A stretch of DNA of 62,562 nucleotides, taken from positions 17,730 to 80,291 of the forward strand of contig CAJNOJ010000205.1 in assembly GCA_905250025.1 (NCBI GenBank), read 5' to 3'. Position 1 is the first letter of the stretch. Each line of letters starts with the position of its first letter. The notes beneath the pieces are model-generated. The model saw nothing but the letters and a program-made list of their open reading frames with translations. It was not told where the DNA came from and searched no databases. Below, piece after piece: positions 58,349 to 62,562 of the stretch. The translations under genes were made by a program, and so were the position numbers. The DNA is from Adineta ricciae (Eukaryota).

Positions 58349-61300
58349 TTATATGAAAATGCGTCTTCGTTGAGACGTCACTTGCTGAAGTAGTTTCCAA
58401 TGGATCTTCATAGAGTTTTTGAATTCTGTTTTGTATAATTTCGAAGGTAAAACGAAAACAATAAAAAGAAGAATCGATGGTAAAAACGAAATAAAATATC
58501 CGAGTAGATATATAATAACTGATTCATAAGCTGACTTCAGGCATTCGAGATAAAACGCGAGAATAATGCGCGGTAGGCCTAGAATAACTAGTACAATAGG
58601 ACTAATAATTAGATACTTGTGTCGACGAAGTAGACGCTGAACGTGCTGGTTCATTGTGACAGTTTTTTTAAGATTCGATTGGTGCCTAGCGACAATGATG
58701 ATGATTCCGAAAGCCGATAGCAGATTGACTACAAATGGACTAATAAAGTGAATAACAGTCGTAACAGATGTAAATGTAATGAGAAGATTTGAGTAGGAAT
58801 CTGGATAACGTACAACACACCAAGTTCTTCCTTCATCTTCGTCGGTAATCAGAGTTCGATAAAGAGGCTCTTGGACCGAAGTGCCAATAACAATCAGACA
58901 GATAAGAAATACAATCCATTTAGCTACTGTTCGACTAGATTTACTTTTGAAACGAACACCTTTAGCAACGGACACGATACGTTCAATGGCAACGCATGCA
59001 TATAACCAATCCCCAATTTGTAAGCATATCTTCAGCATAAAATCAATCAATATACACTGACACAGTAGATAGCCGCGATTGGTAATCCATTGGGACTGCG
59101 TGGCGAACAACAAAAAATATTTCAAAACAAATATGACCATAGTGAAAATCGAGAGAACTGCAGCAGTCAAAAGATAAGTACCACAACCAACTTCGCGTGA
59201 GTTATTCCGTACGAAGGTGACCGTAGAGAGGATGCCATTGATAAGACCGAATATAAACATCATAACAGTAACTACTGCGCTCAATTGGACTGACAAAGAG
59301 TGATGAAAAAAAGAGCGGTCAGGTAGAATCTGATAGCCGAGTATGACATCTAACGGAAGGCCAAAGCCTTTGGTTGATAGTTGACATCGAGTACCTAGAT
59401 AGCATTTGGGGCAAGCACATCTGGCAGCTGTCGGACATTTGGCAGAATTCTGAAAGCATTGTCCACCATTTTCGCAATAATTTAACTGTGAACAATCATA
59501 TTTCATGCGATGGTCAAATGTAAAACAGTTTGCTCGATGATCGTATGTGCATAAACACATGAACTGATCTTCATCGTGAAAACATTCGAGATCCGGTTGT
59601 TGTTGACATGGAATATGATAGTATTTAACACGTCGAAGAAGTGGAAAACTGAAGATCGTACGATTTAGTAATTTTCGGATGGACGGGCATCGTCGATCAG
59701 GTTTCAATGTAAGTTGATAATGAGCTGATGGTGTGTATTTGAGCTGAGTTAAGAGTAAATATATGTTATGGTCATATTCAACAAAAAGAAGATGAAACGG
59801 ATTTTGCCAATAGATGGTAACTATATCACTATAGAGTGCAATTCGTTTGAATGTAGTTGCACGTTCATGTGCATTCCACTTTTTTGTTGGAATGTATGGA
59901 GACGAAGAGACCTTGAAATTATCAGTGACAAAATGAACTAAAAGCGATTCTTTCTTATTTGACATTTGAATTGATATATCAATTCGTGTTTCATTGTATT
60001 GACAGTTGTCACCATGAAATCCATCTCGGCATGCACATACCGTAGGTTTATCAACAGTGATTCGATGATCTCGTGGAATACATATACCTCCATTTTGACA
60101 TTTTCTAGTACTGGTTTGTTCGCATATATTACTTCTTAGATAACATCGTTCTCCAAACTTATGAATAGGACAGACACAAATGGACCGATTTTTCCAAATA
60201 CCAAGACAAATTGAATCTGGAGAACAATTGCATTTATGTGGAATTGTACATGATGGACCAGTCCAACCTGATTGACAACGACAAAATGATTTACCTGTAT
60301 TTACAAATGATACACATTGACCGTGTTTCGAATGACAATCAACTGGGCAATTGCTTCTTGGCGACATAGTAACCGGTGGCACTACTAACAGAATTGGTAA
60401 ACGATGAACAGGCAAAAATGAGAATAATAGAGGAAATGTCCAGCTTGCACGATATTTGAGTGTTCCCATTTCGAAGACATGAATACGAATCGAATAAGTT
60501 GTCGTGGTGGATTTGGGGAGAGAAGAATAGAGTAAATGAAAGTTGAATTTAGTGTTGCAGTCTCGAATGGACAGATATCTTATTTGGTAATATGAATTGA
60601 CAATCTCATCTTTATCATCAAGAAGATAGATAACTAAATTAAATGGAGTTTGCCATTCAGGAGCTCCGATTTGAAGAGTGACACTCACACGTTGTCTTTG
60701 ATATTCACATTTGGAACCATAGAGATGTGGTGGACAAAGACAGTTAACTGTATGCTGAAAATAAACTGGTATACCGCCGTGACACTGTAGTTGAGCTAGT
60801 GGCGTTTGTGGTTGGTTACCAGTCTGGGGAAAGAACAGCTGATCAAGAATGTTTTCCAGAAGTGATAAGGGTGAAGAACCCACAGATTGCTTATTTATGA
60901 AAGGTGACGTGAAAACAATACTATGATTATTGAGTGAAAATCGTGTTGGCATATCGAATTTTGAAGCAGATTTTTTTATAAACCCATCTAAGCCGCACAT
61001 TAAGTTGTTACTGCTTACTCGTCGATCGGACACCACAAAATGACCACATAAAGTTTCAAAATTGGAACTTACACTATGTTTGCATAAAAAAGGATCTTCG
61101 TCGTCCCCTAACAAGCAATCACGATTTCCATCACATAAGTGTGCACGACTAATACACGCTTTTTCTCTATTGAATAAAATATTTTCTGTGAGAAAATCAC
61201 AGATATATTAAAAACTTACTTGAGCATCCCCTGTGTTTTGTTAGTACCATTTGCTCGGCATAGATACAGTGGGTTATCTACCAAGCTTTTGCATGAATGG

Positions 61301-62562
61301 CGTTCATCTGTCGCACCGAAACAATCGACAATTCCATCATTCGCATGTTCAACTGGAAGACAAACGAATTTCGTAGTATTTATTAGAAAACAAGGGTGTC
61401 CTTCTTTCCCTTTGCATACAGGATTAAAACATTTCGCTTCATCTGCTCCGTTGTCACACTCCCATACCCCATCACACCTTGTATACTGATTGTCACATTG
61501 CCATTCTTCACAGTTCGTTTCATCCGTCTCCTTTTGTTTACCGATTACTTCTTCATATTCCATGTTTTTATCACATAGATTAGGAAAACGCGGAAGTTTT
61601 ATTTTGGCATTGCATTCATTCAGTCTTCCTTGTCGTATACGCGTTCGTGGTTGACAGTAGGTCCTCTCAATTCCTGTGAAATTGGAGTAGCATGTTAACC
61701 TGTGCCTGTGCATCAAGGAACAACTTTCATTGGATTGTTCGTCAATGTTCTCTGGACAATCGGCAAGATCATCGAGCAGACGATGTTTGGAAATACATTT
61801 ATTACCACATCGAAACTGATTAGTTTCCAAACAAACACTTTCTTGTTCGTTTGCTATCAACGAACACCGCTGGTATATATATCTTTGTATGAATGGAATC
61901 TGCGCAGACCAATCAATCGGAAAGTCACTAATATTTTGATGCTGACAAGAAAGAATGATCGACGGTTGACTTAGTTTTTCAAAGTTAATATTTGATTCAG
62001 ATGTGCCGCAATGCCTTTCATCATAGCAGATATAGTTGGGCCGACCTGGAAGTATATTAGACCGATTCCATGAATATAAGAAGTGCAGTTGATATCCACT
62101 AATAGACATAGCTGGGAATTCGAACAGCGGTGGACAATACTGTTCTAGTCTTGGAGCGCAGGGAATACTAGGTTCTCGACATACATTGTTACAACTGCCA
62201 TTGAACAAATAACTATATGATGGGTTGTCCTAAGGAAAAGCAGTAAAAGTATGCTTAAAATTAGGCAAAATTTAGATTAGTTTGTTTCTATTTACAAACG
62301 AAATGACTCCACTATTTATTCGAAGAAGGCAAATCATAGTAGCCCAGCATTCTTCTTGGATATGTTTATTGACGGTTAATGAGAGAAGATCACGTGGAAA
62401 TTGTCGGACGCGTTCATCACGATAGTAACTGGAGTCGCAGTGTCTATTACTAGCAAGGCCCAGAGAAACAGACCAATGCAAACATTTTATATCTGTACAG
62501 TAGAACGATGGGTCACCGCCTGTCCAACAAAGTTTTTGAAAGCTCAGATCTGCAGACCATTG
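58349..62562 (-). CDS. Second LDLa + EGF + 7TM giant receptor (paralog of 5337..10148); at least 3 exons, 5' end beyond the window
   Basis: Exon C (58349..about 61125) is the 921-aa ORF with EGF-like modules and 7TM (CVAIERIVSV; hydrophobic helices). Intron 61126..61216 has the donor CAA|GTAAGTTTT on the minus strand. Exon B (61217..62211) has LDLa modules (CGNKCISKHRLLDDLADCPENIDE; …CDGVWECDNGADEAKC; CLPVEHANDGIVDCFGATDE). Intron about 62212..62277 (TTT|GTAAAT…ttttccttag). Exon A (62278..beyond 62562) …QWSADLSFQKLCWTGGD… is homologous to …LSWSAPIDL… of the first paralog. Segment-by-segment alignment to 5337..10148 holds throughout. Confidence 0.8.

Noticed and set aside
62272-62481. The 69-aa minus-strand ORF could be read as an independent small gene.
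   Set aside because: Its frame continues upstream to the window edge. Its end coincides with a GTAAAT donor whose acceptor (ttttccttag) joins in-frame to the LDLa-7TM paralog exon at 62211. The upstream sequence is homologous to the N-terminal region of paralog 1. It is therefore an upstream exon, not a gene.
1-62562. Prokaryotic features (operons, CRISPR arrays, defence systems, tRNA/rRNA genes, IS elements or other transposons).
   Set aside because: The sequence has spliceosomal introns with GTAAGT/YAG boundaries, signal-peptide multi-domain metazoan proteins (LDLa, EGF, GPCR, TRPM, PARP4, F-box) and no Shine-Dalgarno-linked operonic packing. No direct repeat arrays, inverted terminal repeats, transposase, reverse-transcriptase or integrase ORFs were seen. 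No tRNA cloverleaf or rRNA-like segments were recognised by eye.

Overview
This window looks like nuclear DNA from an AT-rich, gene-dense animal genome, not a prokaryote. Most genes are long intronless ORFs or ORFs broken by very short (about 50-100 bp) GTAAGT...YAG introns. Neighbouring genes on opposite strands end within about 10-20 bp of each other. The style (short introns, candidate foreign genes, tandem paralogs with conversion tracts) is what bdelloid rotifers show, but that taxon call is inference only. About 25 protein-coding loci are recognisable. Two are giant paralogous receptors (LDL-receptor class A repeats + EGF-like modules + a rhodopsin-like 7TM domain), placed near the two ends of the window. 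There is an F-box protein family (two intact genes plus a decayed copy), an FG-GAP repeat gene, a multi-exon TRPM channel, and a 680-aa single-ORF protein fusing a CBM48-like domain, BTB/BACK and a GT-A glycosyltransferase-like domain. There is a tandem pair of membrane-protein paralogs with a near-identical conversion tract, a fungal/bacterial-type questin-oxidase (DUF4243) gene, a secreted PLA2, and a vault-PARP (PARP4)-like gene followed by an HSP70 substrate-binding/lid region with no ATPase domain. There is a cluster of three rhodopsin-like GPCR loci (one a pseudogene), a TMEM63/OSCA channel, a secreted parallel beta-helix protein, an AKR7-like aldo-keto reductase and a large DDX60-like helicase. 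I saw no rRNA, tRNA, CRISPR array or obvious transposon.
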